Source of the DNA: Chlorokybus atmophyticus
Taxonomy: Eukaryota; Plantae; Mesostigma and Chlorokybus algae
Reading direction: 5' to 3'
Length of the DNA: 64,000 nt
NCBI GenBank assembly: GCA_009103225.1
Contig: RHPI01000026.1
Location: forward strand, 951,745-1,015,744
Positions within the stretch are counted from its first letter, which is position 1. The number at the start of each line of letters is the position of its first letter. The notes under the pieces are model-generated. The model had not been told where the DNA came from and did no database searches. It worked only from the letters and a program-made list of their open reading frames with translations. Position numbers and translations under genes: made by a program. Positions 63,387 through 64,000 of this stretch are shown here, in pieces.

Positions 63387-64000
63387 GAGCATTGCTGAAG
63401 CATTCCCAGCACTATGGGGGCTGCCGTGTGCTGGGTGCCGGTACACAAACATGTCATGTGCAGTCGTCTTGTCCTCTTGTGGACTTTGAGAGGGACAAGT
63501 GGTATAGTGATAATGGCTCAGCCTCTAGAGGAATGAGAGTCCACTAATTGTGAGTGGCATGGCACTAGCTCGAGCTCTGCACAACAAAGAATAGTTCTAT
63601 GACTCTTCTGTTCAAGCATTACTCCATACTCTGTGCGTGTCCAACCAATCCACTTTTGCTTGTGACTGCGGCAGCACGAAGCATCTGGCACGTGCAGCGG
63701 GTATGTAGCTAGTGTGCACGATGCACACAAATCACACACAGTCACATGGATGCGACAAAGGCACGTCAATGCTTGCTTTCCTTGAGGGAAGGTTGTTTTG
63801 GGAGGTTTATTTCTGCCAAGCGCACTGATTGTAGATGGATACCCGTCGTCTTCTTGCATGCATGCGCAATAGGTAACTGCCTGCATCTCCGTTTTCCAGC
63901 AAGTGTACGTTGATAACTTGCGGCAACTGCGTAAATGTACAGGGTTTGTGTACGTCTACGGGTTGTGCGTGCATCATAAAGTCTCCTTTTGCACTGCTGA

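Larger units (their letters stand above)
60580..64000. repeat. Large inverted duplication: arms about 60580-62000 and 62490 to beyond 64000, unique spacer about 0.48 kb
   Basis: 5'UTR exon, 5'UTR intron, CDS and more than 0.5 kb of 3' flank align in inverted orientation up to the window end. Confidence 0.93.

Overview
Eukaryotic nuclear DNA with spliceosomal GT-AG introns. The gene set is plant-type (class II TPS, menA/ABC4, AAE15/16, DUO3) but includes an FNT channel, so a green alga, probably an early-diverging streptophyte (inference). Three zones: (1) 1-16 kb is a pseudogene/repeat zone with several decayed, inverted copies of the neighbouring gatB gene and of an unknown convergent gene ('gene X'), a 182-bp-arm fold-back, a decayed Vps62-repeat/EGF/PAN gene and a decayed Penelope-like reverse transcriptase. 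(2) 16.3-54.7 kb is gene-dense housekeeping DNA: gatB, class II TPS, menA, FCP1-like HAD, miaB/CDK5RAP1, prefoldin 5, a conserved plastid membrane protein, FNT, AAE15/16, RPB8, DUO3-like and MAP2; the first ten alternate strictly in orientation. (3) 55-64 kb has an AT-rich spacer with a perfect 68-bp palindrome, an unknown small repeat-protein gene and a large inverted duplication carrying two head-to-head secreted Cys-rich protein genes with near-identical ends and a hypervariable centre. All alignments and splice models were read by eye; gene spans run from start to stop codon including introns. No tRNA, rRNA or CRISPR array was recognised.
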